From: Schizochytrium sp. TIO01 | Lineage: Eukaryota; Protista; Bigyra: Labyrinthulomycetes | Length of the DNA: 64,000 nucleotides | Direction of reading: 5' to 3' | Assembly: GCA_004764695.1 (NCBI GenBank) | Contig: SMSO01000036.1 | Location: forward strand, 1,612,001 to 1,676,000 | Shown: positions 24,023-36,169 of the stretch, piece after piece | How the letters are laid out: each line of letters starts with the position of its first letter | How positions within the stretch are numbered: the first letter of the stretch is position 1 | Position numbers and translations under genes: made by a program | The notes under the pieces: generated by a model | Database searches by the model: none | What the model saw: the letters and a program-made list of their open reading frames with translations, nothing else | Told to the model about the DNA's origin: nothing

Positions 24023-25054
24023 TTATGCAAGCTGGTCAGCACGCTTAGTTTTGTCAATAGCTTGTGAGATAAATGGTTCAAACTCTTTCATACAAACCTC
24101 AATACGGGTAATGATTTCTGAAAATGCCGGGCGCGCACCACTGTCTTCCTTCCAGCAATCGTTCATGAGCTGATTCAGTATTTCTGGACAATGTTTAAGA
24201 TACTCAGGACGAAGTCCCTTCTTCGCAACGAGGTATGGCAATTCAACGCAATCTTGGTCCTGGTATGGTTTTTCGAAACAAAACAACTCCCAAAGAACTA
24301 CACCATATGAATAAACGTCAACCGTTTCGGTGTATGGTTCGCCTCGGAAGATTTCAGGAGCGACCCAGCAAGGGGTACCACACACAGTCATGACCGCCTT
24401 TGTTTCGTAGCCACGAGATAACCCAAAGTCTGTGAGCTTGCAATTGAACTTGTCATCTAGGAGCAGGTTTTCTGCCTTCAGGTCTCGATGAATAATTTTG
24501 GGAGTGAGAGCATGCAAATATGCCACAGCTCGTGCACAGTCCAGTGCAATCTTTAAGCACATCCTCCAGGTGACATTGACTCGATGTTTACGGACCATGT
24601 TGAGCAAACTACCTACGCTGCCTTCACAAAGCTCAAACAGAAGGCAGTAGTTAGGGTCAGCACGGCAAGCACCTAAGAACTGGATGATACACTCGTGCTT
24701 CAGAATGCTGAGGATTTTAATCTCTTTGGCAAAGTCCTCGAGGATCTCAGCACGCTCATCAGGAACTACAGAGAGGAAAATTTTCTTAACCGCGATGTGT
24801 CTGTTGTTGTAATGCGCCTTGTACACTTTGCCGTAGGTACCTTGGCCAATCGTTTCGTGGATTTGGATATCATCATAGTCTACATCGAGTCCAAAGAATG
24901 TCTCCGCATCGATACTTTGTGAAGAACTCTTTTGCACCCCTTCTGCATGATTAAAGTATATGAGCGTCCCCGTAGGCTTGCTTGCAAGTCCGTTCGTCTC
25001 CGGGTCCAGCGTTTCTGTCTGTTGTTTATGCTTCGATGAAGCTGCGCCACCCAT
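24023..25054 (-). CDS. Tyrosine-kinase-like (TKL, RAF/MLK-type) protein kinase, probably N-myristoylated, 343 aa
   Basis: GQGTYG, IAVKK, HRDLKAEN, DFG, GTPCWVAPE, DVYSYGVVLWE and CW...RP motifs. The first ATG (accATGg, 25054) gives MGGAAS, a myristoylation-type N-terminus. Confidence 0.93.
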   Translation of the reverse strand: MGGAASSKHKQQTETLDPETNGLASKPTGTLIYFNHAEGVQKSSSQSIDAETFFGLDVDYDDIQIHETIGQGTYGKVYKAHYNNRHIAVKKIFLSVVPDERAEILEDFAKEIKILSILKHECIIQFLGACRADPNYCLLFELCEGSVGSLLNMVRKHRVNVTWRMCLKIALDCARAVAYLHALTPKIIHRDLKAENLLLDDKFNCKLTDFGLSRGYETKAVMTVCGTPCWVAPEIFRGEPYTETVDVYSYGVVLWELFCFEKPYQDQDCVELPYLVAKKGLRPEYLKHCPEILNQLMNDCWKEDSGARPAFSEIITRIEVCMKEFEPFISQAIDKTKRADQLA

Positions 25055-27915
25055 GGTAACAATGCCCTTACGCTTCAAGTAATTATTGTCTCGACTGAAT
25101 AGTGAATTGCCTTTCCGAAGACCAATCCAAAGAGCAAAACGCTACGCTTCTCCCGGCGCAACGATTCCTTTCCGAGTGCACCTGCGTCCACTCCGACGCT
25201 CCCTCGCAGCAAACCTCCTGCGACTGAATCTCTGCTTTGCCTTGCCCGACTTGCAGTCGTCGTTCTTGCTACTCCGTAAGCCACAATGGGTTTGGTTTTA
25301 AGCGGCTTTAAAGCCTTCTTTGCAGCGGCACCATGTACGGACAGGCCTTTAAAATAAAGTGAGTGAGTGAATCCTATTTTTCTTGTCTTTCTCTCTAACT
25401 CACTTTTACTTTCATTCTTTAAAAAAAGTTTTTTTTTTGTTTTTTTAATTCTTCGTGCTCTCTCTCTCTCTCTCTCTCTCTGCGCCTCTCTGCCCCTCTG
25501 AGTGTCTGCCTCTCAGATCAAAGTTTCCACTTCAAAATTGATTTTCTTCCAAAGCTCTTCTACCGAGTCTAAAGCACGTTGGAGGTGAATTCTATTGTGA
25601 ATGCTGGTTTCCCAAGTTAGGTCTCATTCTATACTTCTAAGGAGGAGAACATTTTTCCGAAGGCGATCTGCTCCTGTCTAACCCCTCTTTAGCCCTCAGT
25701 TGTCCGATTTGGAACGATCGAAGGGTGCGTATTCTGTGATGCGGGGTACGTGTTGATAGCTTGAATGTACTATCATTTGGTTGCGCAAATTGGATGTCTA
25801 AATTCTGCCTACTCCAAGGTTCTGTTGGCTTTCTCGTGCGTGTATTTGCTTCATGCTGACAAGGTTCGTATCACTGCGCCTAGGAGAGACTTCACTTTAA
25901 AGACTAATGAAGATGATAGCGCCAAAGTTAAAATTATAAAAGTATTTAGTTCACTCAACGACATGATTTTCGTTGAGCAGTAGGATTAGTAGGAGAGTGA
26001 GGGAGTTTTATCTGCTCCTCTATTGCGTATATGGGTATGAAGTCTGCGGAGGTGTCGCCAAAGAAGCTAGAGGAGATCGTCTGTGCAGCGTCCTGTTCCG
26101 GACATCGCCTAAATGCAGGTTTCTCGGCTCCAGTTAGTTCTTGGGTATGCCATTCAGCAGACTTTAAAAGAAATAAAGGTGTTGAGCACGTATACATTTC
26201 ATTTCTTAAAACCCACAAGTTGAAGGGATTTTTGAGAGATGAGAGAGCGTGAACAATTTCCGTTTCCCTCTGCCGCGCCGAAAGCTTGACAGTATCGCCA
26301 GGTTACTTTAGCCCCGCGCCATCTCTTCTTCTCAAGACAAGGAAAGGGGGTACTCTTGAATGCAGGTTCTCACGACTATAGTGCTTATTATTTCACTTTG
26401 TAGGATTGTAAACCACAATATCAGTTCATCGTTCGAGTCCTTATCACAATAATATAAGTGTTTATGTATTGATTGCTTTCAGGGGCTCAACCTCGCTCGG
26501 GAATGTGGTATCACTTGTAACCCTGCTTACTTTTCGATTCCTTGATCATAAGAGTCACTTGCTCGGCTAGACACATTATTTTAAGGACGAATGCAATCCA
26601 GTCGAGCTTCGACCTGAAACAATTTTTCGTCATTGTTGTACCTTCCTCCAAAGAAACTTGACACCTGCATGTATGCAAATTCTTTATTATGATATGTGGA
26701 AAAAGAAAAAGACCCCCAACGCATCTATTTCTCCCTGTTACTTTTTACAATTGTTCTTGATGTTTGATTTCATATTTGATTTGTCACGGTCTACCCCCTT
26801 TTTTTTTTAAGGCAAAAAAGTTTAAATATAATATTAAAAAAACAAACAGAAAAACTTTCGTTCCTTTTATGAAAATCCAGATCCAATAAATAGCTCATTA
26901 ATGCACATTCGATCTTCTTCCTTATCTCCAGCTGGTTGCATTATGTGGAGTAAAAGATTAATTAGATACCTGCTTCTGCGAGATGCAGCTGTTATTGTAG
27001 GGCTTGTATGCTGTTTGACTAGGAGAAACCATATTTGACTATTTGCTAGCTGCTACCAGCTGATGATCTCTGGACTGGATCACAGTGTTGACTTTATTGT
27101 ACTACTCCAAGTTCAGGCTACTGTAAATCGTAACCCGGAACCAAGTTCATCCTTAATAACTTCCTTTCCGGAGTTTGACTAAATGTCATGGCCTTCCCAT
27201 AGTGCTTTAATCAGTGAACACCAAACCCTTGAAACCAGCTTCAGCTGCAGGTTGGGTCGTTTTTCTCTATGTCTTCCTTCGTTTAATTTTATCATTAGCA
27301 TTAGTTATTTTTTTATTTTAAAAAAATGAAACATAAAAATATCACAATGTTGCTATCTGAAAGCGGCAACTTTACTCTAAACAAGTAGAACCATCAATAA
27401 CCTTGCCTTTTCTTGATAGTACTGTATCGGTAGTTCTACATGGAGATGTGGCTAACTTTTAAATATTTGATCCCCCCCAACCCCGATGAAGAGTATATAA
27501 GTAGGAAGTATACTAATACATTATAATTGTTACAATGGTAAGGTTACCGTTTCGTTTCTGGAGTTCTCAACCCTTACAAGAATATTGGCCAATGGTGCCT
27601 CCTAGCATCACAGCAGTATTGTACTCCTTCCCTAGACTCTTTGTAAAAATAATATCCACTGTCACCCAGGTCAACTTCGTATATTATACAATTTATTCAT
27701 AATTAAGCAGGAAGAATTTTTAGAAAGAAGCGACAGAGTGGAAGAATAGTTCGCAACGAACAAATATGCAGTGTACTTACAAAAGAGTGCGCTAGGCAGA
27801 AAACATGGGAATGAGAACAGGTTTATGACCTAGTGAAATCGACTACTGAAAAATCGTAGACAGAAGCAGCAAAGCAGATTCGGGCTTGCTTTGACAGAAC
27901 AAAGGTGCTCGTGCT

Positions 27916-27975
27916 CGCCCCGAGACTGAGCGCCCCGAGACTGAGCGCCCCGAGACTGAGCGCCCCGAGACTGAG
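27916..27975. repeat. Perfect minisatellite, 4 x CGCCCCGAGACTGAG
   Basis: Four exact 15-bp copies read directly. Confidence 0.97.
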
Positions 27976-28255
27976 TGACCGAGCGAGCTGGCTGTTTGCT
28001 CACACCGATTGGATAATTCCCAGTGCTTGTAGAGCTGGCCGAGTCCAAGAGGGGCTGGTGACAATTTAGCTTTTCCTGTTGTGTGAATTGCTGGAATCAA
28101 AGGTGTATCAGCGTTGTCACAACATTAACATATGCGAAAGCTCTAAAGTACTGCTGAGTACAGGTGATTGTCTTTGTGTATCATAGCCTACGAGGGGAGT
28201 CCTTCACGAAAGCTCCCATCGAGTTGCCACTGACGTTTTTATTCTCAACATTGCC

Positions 28256-31226
28256 ATGAGTCGCAAATACGAAGAGGATCCATATGCATTTGACTTTGAC
28301 TTTAGTAAAAACTCATCCAAAAGTAGACACGGTCCTGGCTCTTTGCCCAGTGAGAAGGCGAAGGATAGAACAGGTTTTAATAGATCAATAAGGCAAGATG
28401 GGGAGTCCACGCCCATGTCTGCCCTAGATCGAGCAGGATACTATCTGAAGAAATATAGCACCAAGGAAATATCCCAAAAGTCTAGGACAGAACAATATAA
28501 ACAGCACAGCACAGAGGAAGATGAGGACAGCGATCGATGGCTAGATCCTGAACATAATGCTTATAGTCAAGGAGATAGCGAGGATCTTGATCTCGCAGAT
28601 TCTCAGAGCGAATCTGCTTCAACATCTTTGGTGAATATTCCCAGAGGACTCACACGAACCGATGGAAAAATTGGAGGACTGCATTTGGACGGCCCAAAAT
28701 ATTTAGACACACAAAAGTCGGGCTTAGAATCAGATGCTTCATTTTCTGAACACGGTGGGTCTTTAGGCCTTGGGGAGCTTGAATCTATATCTTTTAATAG
28801 ATTTGGAGCTCCGTGGCAACCCTCGGAACCACTCTCTCCTGATTCAGCACAATCGCCATTATCCTCTCAACGAAAATCTCTCGTACGATCCCAAACAAAA
28901 GATGAGAGCATTCGCTGGCAACGAAAGATAGAAAACGATAGATATCAGTATAGATCATTCAGCAATGACAGCGATGAAATCAAATTTGATGAAGATGAAG
29001 ATGATCTTGAAGACGAGGTCGGGGAAGAAAATAGCGATCTTGACTCAGACTCTGATTACGAGGCGGCATTGAAAGAAATTCAAAGGGAAGAAGAGGCTCG
29101 ACGCCGCGAGGCTCTTCGCATGATGCAAGATGCTAAAAGCATGGCCGAGCACTTTGATGAGCCGAATCCTTTTGCGTCACAGCAATACAAGCCGTCGCGT
29201 TCTCAGGTCAAATTTGAGGACAATGAATTAGAATCAGATGCAACTGAGGAAGAGGAGAGTTATACCAGAGATTCAGAGCTTGCTCGAAGTGGTCGAAGTC
29301 CAGGTCAGATAAGGGAGGATGCTGAAGACAATGAAGACGACGAAGACGATGAGGATGAGGATTATGAACAAGCCATGCAACTTCTTGAGGAGGAGGAGGC
29401 ACAAAGACGTAAAGAAGCTTTGCGGATGTTGCAGGAAGCAAATGCTGCAGAAGGTGGTGCTTCTGGACTCAGTAATTCGGAGGAAACCTTACGAAATAAA
29501 CTGTCTTCGACTCTTGTAAAAGAACGCCGTTCGTCCAATCCATCATTTCTCTCAAAGGACACATCTGGGAATAAGGCGCATGATAATGGCAAAATGTCAG
29601 CCCATAAACAAGATAATGAGAGTTTGGAGGATGAAGGTGATGAATATTTACATGCAATGAAGGAGCTTAAAGAAGAAGAGGAGCGCCAGAAACAAGAAGC
29701 TCTTAGTATGCTTACATCAACATCACTAATGCCAAAAAATTATAATACTCATCCCACAGTGTCAGGAGGAGTATTAAGAGAGAGCAAGGCCAAGGGTCTA
29801 CACGTGGTCATCCAAGACAGCACATACCACGCCCAGCGGGTTCAAGTGAAAGGTGTAGAAGTTGACGAAGAGGATGAAGATGAAGAGTTCAATGGCATGG
29901 AGGATGAGGATACATTTGTTGAGGATGGATTTGTTCTTGACTCTGCTCGACAAACCTTGAGTGCACGAGATGGGAGCGCCGTACAGACTGTATATTCTTC
30001 TTTTGCAGAAGATGCTAGCGAGAGTATGGCAGACCTTATGTCTCCTCGTTCAGTCAAGAGTAGGGTTTCAGCACGATCACTCCGATCTACATTTAGTGCA
30101 AAATCTCCCAAATCAATTCGCTCTTTACGTTCACGTCGAACACATTTATCTCTTGGTAGGCAAAGTAGTGCAGAGTCCTTCTTTTGATGAATATAGTGCT
30201 GATGACTTTGAATCAGAAAATGGATCTCCTCGATCAGCTCGATCTGGGCGTTCGATACGTTCAAGTCGATCTCAGCTTTCTGTACGACACGACCACCATT
30301 CTCCACAAAAGCCTAGATCTAGTCGTAGTCACCCAGCATCGCCTCGGTCTCCACCTCTAAGCTCCATCACAAATCGAAGTCATCTTATTGCGCAGCATGC
30401 AAAAATTACATCAAGTCACCCTGAAAATAGTTCTGCTCCTACCGAGAACCATCCCGCGCAAAATCAAGAACATAAAGCAAGTCCTCAGTTGCCAATGCGT
30501 GATGCTTCGACACAATACATTGAAACAAAAGAAATCGAAGTTCAGGCTAATTTGGTGGTATCAGCATCAGGGCTCGTGTATGAAGTACCAGAAGCACCTA
30601 TGGGCGCTGTAGCACCAACACTCTTTCCCTCGAAGACTGAATCAAATATTGCTAATGCGGCACGGAATCCAACCTCCACTTGTTCATGTCACGCAAGTCG
30701 ATTTGAAGACCAGAATAATTTTGCTCGAAGCGCCCTTGAAGCGCTTCTAAACCCTTTGAATACAACATACACTAGTACACATGCACAGGCGCTGCGGGGA
30801 CCTTGGGCATCAAGTATTCCTGTTCAGTCGGCAAACACAAACTTTCGAAATGTTTACGCGGACGAAACTCCTGCCCCAACAGGTAAAATGCCGTTTCCTG
30901 CTAATCAAGCCACGCCGCCTCCAATGCCCCCGTCACCTCGACAGCAACCACCCGAAACAAGCTGTCAAGGTGTTTCGAGACTTGACGGACTTACGGCTTC
31001 ATTACTGGCAACGAACAATATGTTTAAGCGTAATCTCGAGATGATTCGATCCCATTTGCAAGAATGCAGGCTAGAGACTGATCGTGTCATGAGCGAGATG
31101 GGCGGAATTAATTCTGGGCATCGATACACGCGGTTCAGTGATGTTCGAGCATACATGAACGCTAATCGACCTAAAGTGCGCTCTTTTGAATATGTAATGC
31201 AAGAAGAGGAGAATACATTTCACTAA
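28256..31226 (+). CDS. Acidic/Ser-Arg-rich protein with C-terminal DUF4614 (C19orf44-like) region; reading frame changes near 30150-30216
   Basis: Frame 1 (28256-30187) and frame 2 (to 31226) share S/R-rich composition across the junction. Frame 2 has YSADDFE, KEIEVQ and NNMFKRNL...HRYTRFSDVRAYMNANRP...FEYVMQE, which resemble the DUF4614 C-terminus as I recall it; needs an HMM check. Confidence 0.65.
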
Positions 31227-31552
31227 TTACCTCATGTTTTGCGAAGTTTGACTAATATTTCACATAAGAAAAGATGTCAATGTTGTATCTTTGATAATAC
31301 ATACTTTCGTTCTAGTGACTCAACGAGAGATGATCCAAGATCTCATGTATGCTTTGTAGAGGCTCTAGAAAAAGAAATTTGACCTGCATACTCTGTGTGT
31401 GTTAATTCGCAGCACAATCTATACCTGTTAAAAAGGCATTATGGAAATTTGAAAGGGTCCGTTTTTGTAATTTCAAAGCAAGAACAAGTTTGAGCGTGCT
31501 ACCATTTTTCAATGTAAATACATAACGCTTATATAGGTTTCGCCATGGATTG

Positions 31553-31749
31553 ATGTATATATCACTCTCTACGACGCTTTCTCTGCATAGAGGAGTGTCT
31601 TTTCTCATATTTCATTCTATACAAAGCGGAAGGGGAGATTCTAATGTATTTATCACTCTCTGCGACGTTTTGTCGGGTAGTGGTGTAACTCCAGAGGGGA
31701 GTCTCTTTTCTCATATTTCACTCTATACAAAGCAGAAGGGAAGATTCTA
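31553..31749. repeat. Degenerate tandem duplication (about 91 and 106 bp units)
   Basis: atgtatwtatcactctctrcgacg...cttttctcatatttcaytctatacaaagcrgaagggragattcta occurs twice, head to tail. Confidence 0.9.
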
Positions 31750-32322
31750 AATCAATTAATGCCTTTCACAAACTTGAATATGTTGAATATTGATGCAATG
31801 GAAAAATAAAATTAGCAAAAACATGATTTAAACTTCGCGTTAGGGCTTAGCTTCAGTAGGGAAAAATTAACTTCTTAAATCTTCATACGAGGACGAGATC
31901 AGATCGACAAGTACTAAAACTGTATATACAATCACTTATAGAAAGGAGAAAGGAGAAAGGAGAAATACAATCACCTAATTTATTTACAGAGTCTGAGTCG
32001 GCCATCCAAAATTGAATTATTGTCACAATTCTTTTGTATACTTCAAAACAAGCTTAAGAAGCAGCTTCATGTTTGGTTGAGTAATAAGCCCAGAAATCTA
32101 TGAAAATTGAAGCTAATTTCACTAATTTTAGCAAATATGCAATATTTGTGAAACGGGGGAGGGGAGGGGGGGGGTGCTGTAAAATTTGGCCATTTTAAAA
32201 TTACTTGATGTTGTCTGATCACATAAACAAGGAACCTTTCTATTTGTTATGTATTAAAATTGCTCTTGTGCCTCGAAACTACATTTTCATGTTTTTATGT
32301 CGAAAAAAGCAGCCAACTCTAC

Positions 32323-33539
32323 TTATTTGGCATTGTACTCCTTTGCCAGCTCTCGACCTCTAGCAAGAACCTGCGCAGACTGTTTACGGTGTAGCGTCAT
32401 TGGCATAGCACGGCGAATCTCTTGCATACGATCTAAATCAATGTCTACAAGTCCAACCCCCTCCGGAATAGTCTCCAAATCGCATACAATGGCACCGTAG
32501 GGGTCAACTATGAGAGAGTGGCCATACGATTCTCGTTTTCGATCAATCTCAGTGTCCTGCATATTATGAATGCCAGACTGCGCAGCGGCTACGACATATG
32601 TCTGGGTTTCGATAGCTCTTGAACGTAAAAGAACATGCCAGTGGGCCTTTCCCGTAGTTGGCATAAATGCAGAAGGAACAAGAATGACTTCTGCACCAAG
32701 GTCCCGCAAGATTGAGAAAAGCTCAGGAAAACGCATGTCATAGCATGTAGTGACACCAATAGTTCCCACAGGGGTATTCCTGACGATGGCGATCTCCTCG
32801 CCAGCAACAGTAGAGTCCGACTCGCGATAGCCTCCATCAACATCAACATCAAAGAGATGGATTTTGCGATACGACTTAACAAGATTACCTTGTCCGTCAA
32901 TAATGCAGTGAGTATTAGCAATCTTGTTTGGCGCATTTGCTGCTTCTTCGCCTTGAAGTTTCTCATGGAAACCTCCAAGGGATAACCACATGGCTTCTTC
33001 GCGAGCAATGCTTTGAAGTGCGGACATAGTTGGGCCTGTCAGCGTTTCAGCTGCGTCCATACTATCCTTCGTACCTGGACGACCCATAAACTCAAAAGCT
33101 TCAGGGAAACATACAAACTGGGCTCCTTGGGCCTTGGCCTCTCTCGTAAGGCGTCGGACGGTGTCAAGGTTGGCCTTCTGTTCAGGTGTAAACATGTGCA
33201 CAGATCGATTTAGTTACAGTTCACATTCGGAGCATTGTACGACCGCAATCCCAGCAGACATATCAATAACAAAAACAACATTGTTTATCATGCCATTTAG
33301 ACGCCACGTTAGACGAAGCAAAGGAGCAAAAGACCGTCAACATAAAACGAAGTACTCACGTGTCAGTCCTAGAAATTTGAAAGCAACGACGACTAGACTC
33401 CTTCAGATCAATTTCAAATGATACCTTCTCCATTGAAAGATATACCAATATCACATACCTTGTCTAGAGATGAACACATCTGGGCCACAGCTAGCCTTTT
33501 GGCGCCTTCCTTTACAATCTTCGCTGCTGCAGAGCTCAT
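32323..33539 (-). CDS. NIT1: Nitrilase-superfamily amidase, Nit1 (deaminated-glutathione amidase)-like, 311 aa, 2 exons (33539-33459, 33177-32323)
   Basis: Catalytic Glu-Lys-Cys motifs FPEA, YRKIHLFD and CYDMRFPE, plus TGKAHWHVLLRSRAIETQ and RESYGHSLIVDPYG. Exon 1 (MSSAAAKIVKEGAKRLAVAQMCSSLDK) supplies the conserved AVAQM strand through a phase-0 GTATGT...ACAG intron (33458-33178). Confidence 0.9.
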
Positions 33540-34104
33540 CTTGCCCGGCCTTTATACACAACCAGTTCAACTCTTGTTACGGCGAGGTCTTAGCAACGAG
33601 ATGCTGTGAGTGTCTAGGTTCGAGCCAATGGATAGACGACTTGAGATCTATCTAGCCTGATCTGTTGTGTTGCTCGTTTCTGCAGAAAGTTGCTTCGCAC
33701 ACAAGATCTAATTAAGGTGGTCGAGAGATCACAATAAATGCAAAGAATCTGGTGAGGAAGAGCTACTAGTCACTAGCTAGGCGGTACTGGTAGAGTTTAG
33801 GAAAAGCTGTATTTTCTAAGTAGCTAAAAGGTAGGTAGCACCTACAATTACAAGTAAGAAGAGTTACGAGCAAAGCTTGTAAGACTAGCAAAGGAAGGGT
33901 TACATGCAAAAGGGTGAGGCAGCAAACCTTGAGGGCCAAGCATATATAGAACGTTTACTGATACGTAGTGAGTATAATTATATCTGATTACTTTGCTTTC
34001 TTGGTGGAAGGGGGCTCGTGAAAAAAGCCCCAAACTAAAATTCCAACGTGAGCGAAATAAGCTGCTAAATTTTGATGACTCATTAGAATCATCAGAATAA
34101 GAAT

Positions 34105-36169
34105 TTAGGAAGCCTGATGCAAATCGCGGGCGAGCTCAGCAATGTGCGGCGGCAGCTCCCAAGACTTTGAACGAAATGTTGAGCATGCTGGGTCAAAACA
34201 GCCTTGACGAAAACTAGCATTCTCAAGGTCGATCTCAAAATAAACGTTATTCGAGCGATGTTGACGACCTAGACGGTGACAAAAACGCTGACCACGCAGC
34301 ATTAGTCTGAGGTTACCTCCACGTATTTCCCAGGCCCTTAAAGATGCATTCCCCACGGGAATCCCTGCTACAACATCCGCGTGTTGTAAGATATGCGCAT
34401 CCAACAAAGGAATTGGCGAAGTGTCAAGTCCAGAGTCACGCAATCCGCTTTTAGCAGGCAAAAGCACGCCAGCTCTCTCATTGAACCCTTTGCTTTCAAC
34501 ATGCTTATTTTCTGCATTCTTCTGGTCGAAATTTTTCGCACCAATATTTTTGTTGCCTGCGGAAATAATGCGATTAACATCAAGGATTGTGGCCGACTCT
34601 GATGTACAACAAAGCATCGAGGCTTCGAGCAGTGTTGCGACATCCTTGGATGAGTTGTCATCGGCTGGGTGGGCATTTCGAGTAGTAGAAGGCAGCAACA
34701 CAGCTCGCTTGGCAAATTTTGAGCTTAAGTATAACCGAAAGCATCGGTTTCGTGTATATACTGCGAGATCTATGAAAGGTTGTGGTTCTCCGTCTTTAGA
34801 GAGTACGATGAGATCAGCACGTGCCATCTCAAAAACGCGTCGCGCAAAAGCTCCACATTCGCGATTGTCAGCAAAAAGAATGGGGCCACGCAGACGATGC
34901 TGCGATGACTTTGAACGGTAAGCCTCAGTATTAGTCCTATCGATATTGTTATCGCAGAGGTTAAGCACAAGATGCCGTGAAAATTTGGAGTCCGTGGAAG
35001 AGTCAAGCTCGATAAAATCCCGACGACGCAGCTCTAGGCCAAATAGCTCAAGTGCTAATGCCGTTGAGGCTGCCACCACAATATCTACGAGGTAATCCCC
35101 ATCTAACTCGCGATTTCGTGCCACGCAAAACTCAAGGTCAAAGTATAGCTTACACGGCGACTTTTCTCGTACAACTTCATAAACATGCCGTCGCAAGGGG
35201 GGCAGAGCTAGATACCAGCGCAGAAACTCTGCACGACCCCGCTACTACAAAACTTCGTCGGCCTGCACCACTCAACTCTACTGCAAAAACTTGCGGTGCG
35301 ACCCACCCTTGCCCTTGCTCTTGCAGGTCTTGGCTACTTAGATTATCTACGAAATCAAATGCTTGCTGTTGTCGCGAAAATGTACGTGGCTGGAGCAAAT
35401 CAACGTTGTGAAATTGTGCACTTTTGGTATAACTACTCATGGGCAAGCTAGGTTTAGGGTACAACTTTGCGTTCGCGATATTTATCGAGCCCCTGCCATA
35501 GAATCGAGTCTCGCGAGTGCTTGCACGAAGAAGTCTATCCCTGAATCTCTTTTCCCGTTTCTCATCTTCACTGCTTGAGCTAATTGTTTTCCTCTTCCGA
35601 TTACAAGCGTCATGGCCAACATGATCAATATTCGAATTCAAAATTTCAGTATTCCTAGCCCTCGCAGCATTGCTGATCCATGCTGCAGCACGCGCGGCGT
35701 CAAGTGCAGAAGAGAAACTCAGCCTTGCACACTCGCCCGAACAGAGGACAAGATCCACTTCACAAATGCCAAGAAGTGCTTGGTCTTTACTCCACGCTTT
35801 ATTGTTATCATTTTGCTTCCGAAGACCCCCTCCAGATACACTGCATGCAGGCACACTCAAGAATCTGTCGCTTCCAGCTCGTGAGAGAAGTAGTTTTTTG
35901 GGCTCGAGACAAACGAGGTCAACAAATGCTGTCATCAATTCATCGTCCACAGCTTTAGAGATCTCTTGTCGACTCCTTTTTCTGGCACTAAGGTTCCCTC
36001 CATCTGAGTATGACTTCAATGTTGGTTCTGAGAATGTGCGAGCTTTGTCGAGCTCGTTGCAGCTCTGGTGATAGACGTTCATTGCAAAGGTGCCCTGGTC
36101 GATGTCGGGAGCGCTTTTAGTGCTACCTCTTTGTCGTACGTGAAGTGCCCCTGATACTTGGCATACCAT
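34105..36169 (-). CDS. PRIMPOL: PrimPol (AEP primase-polymerase) with long N-terminal extension; one extra base at about 35237-35240
   Basis: FSRQQQAFDF...VFAVE...RRSFVV, then in the +1 frame AEFLRWY...HVYEVV...CKLYFDLEF (DxE), KFSRHLV (SxH), FIDLAVYTRNRCFRLYLSSK, and a C-terminal Zn finger CHRLGRQHRSNNVY...CFDPAC. Confidence 0.9.

Noticed and set aside
26415-26450. GTTCGAGTCC B-box/T-loop-like motif
   Set aside because: No T-stem, acceptor stem or cloverleaf around it; not a tRNA.
27916-27975. Possible CRISPR-like array
   Set aside because: Contiguous repeats without spacers, eukaryotic context, no cas genes.
33214-33261. MSAGIAVVQCSECEL mini-ORF in the nitrilase intron, mimicking the nitrilase first strand
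   Set aside because: No phase-compatible donor retains VQ. The upstream exon (LAVAQMCSSLDK, GTATGT donor) fits much better.
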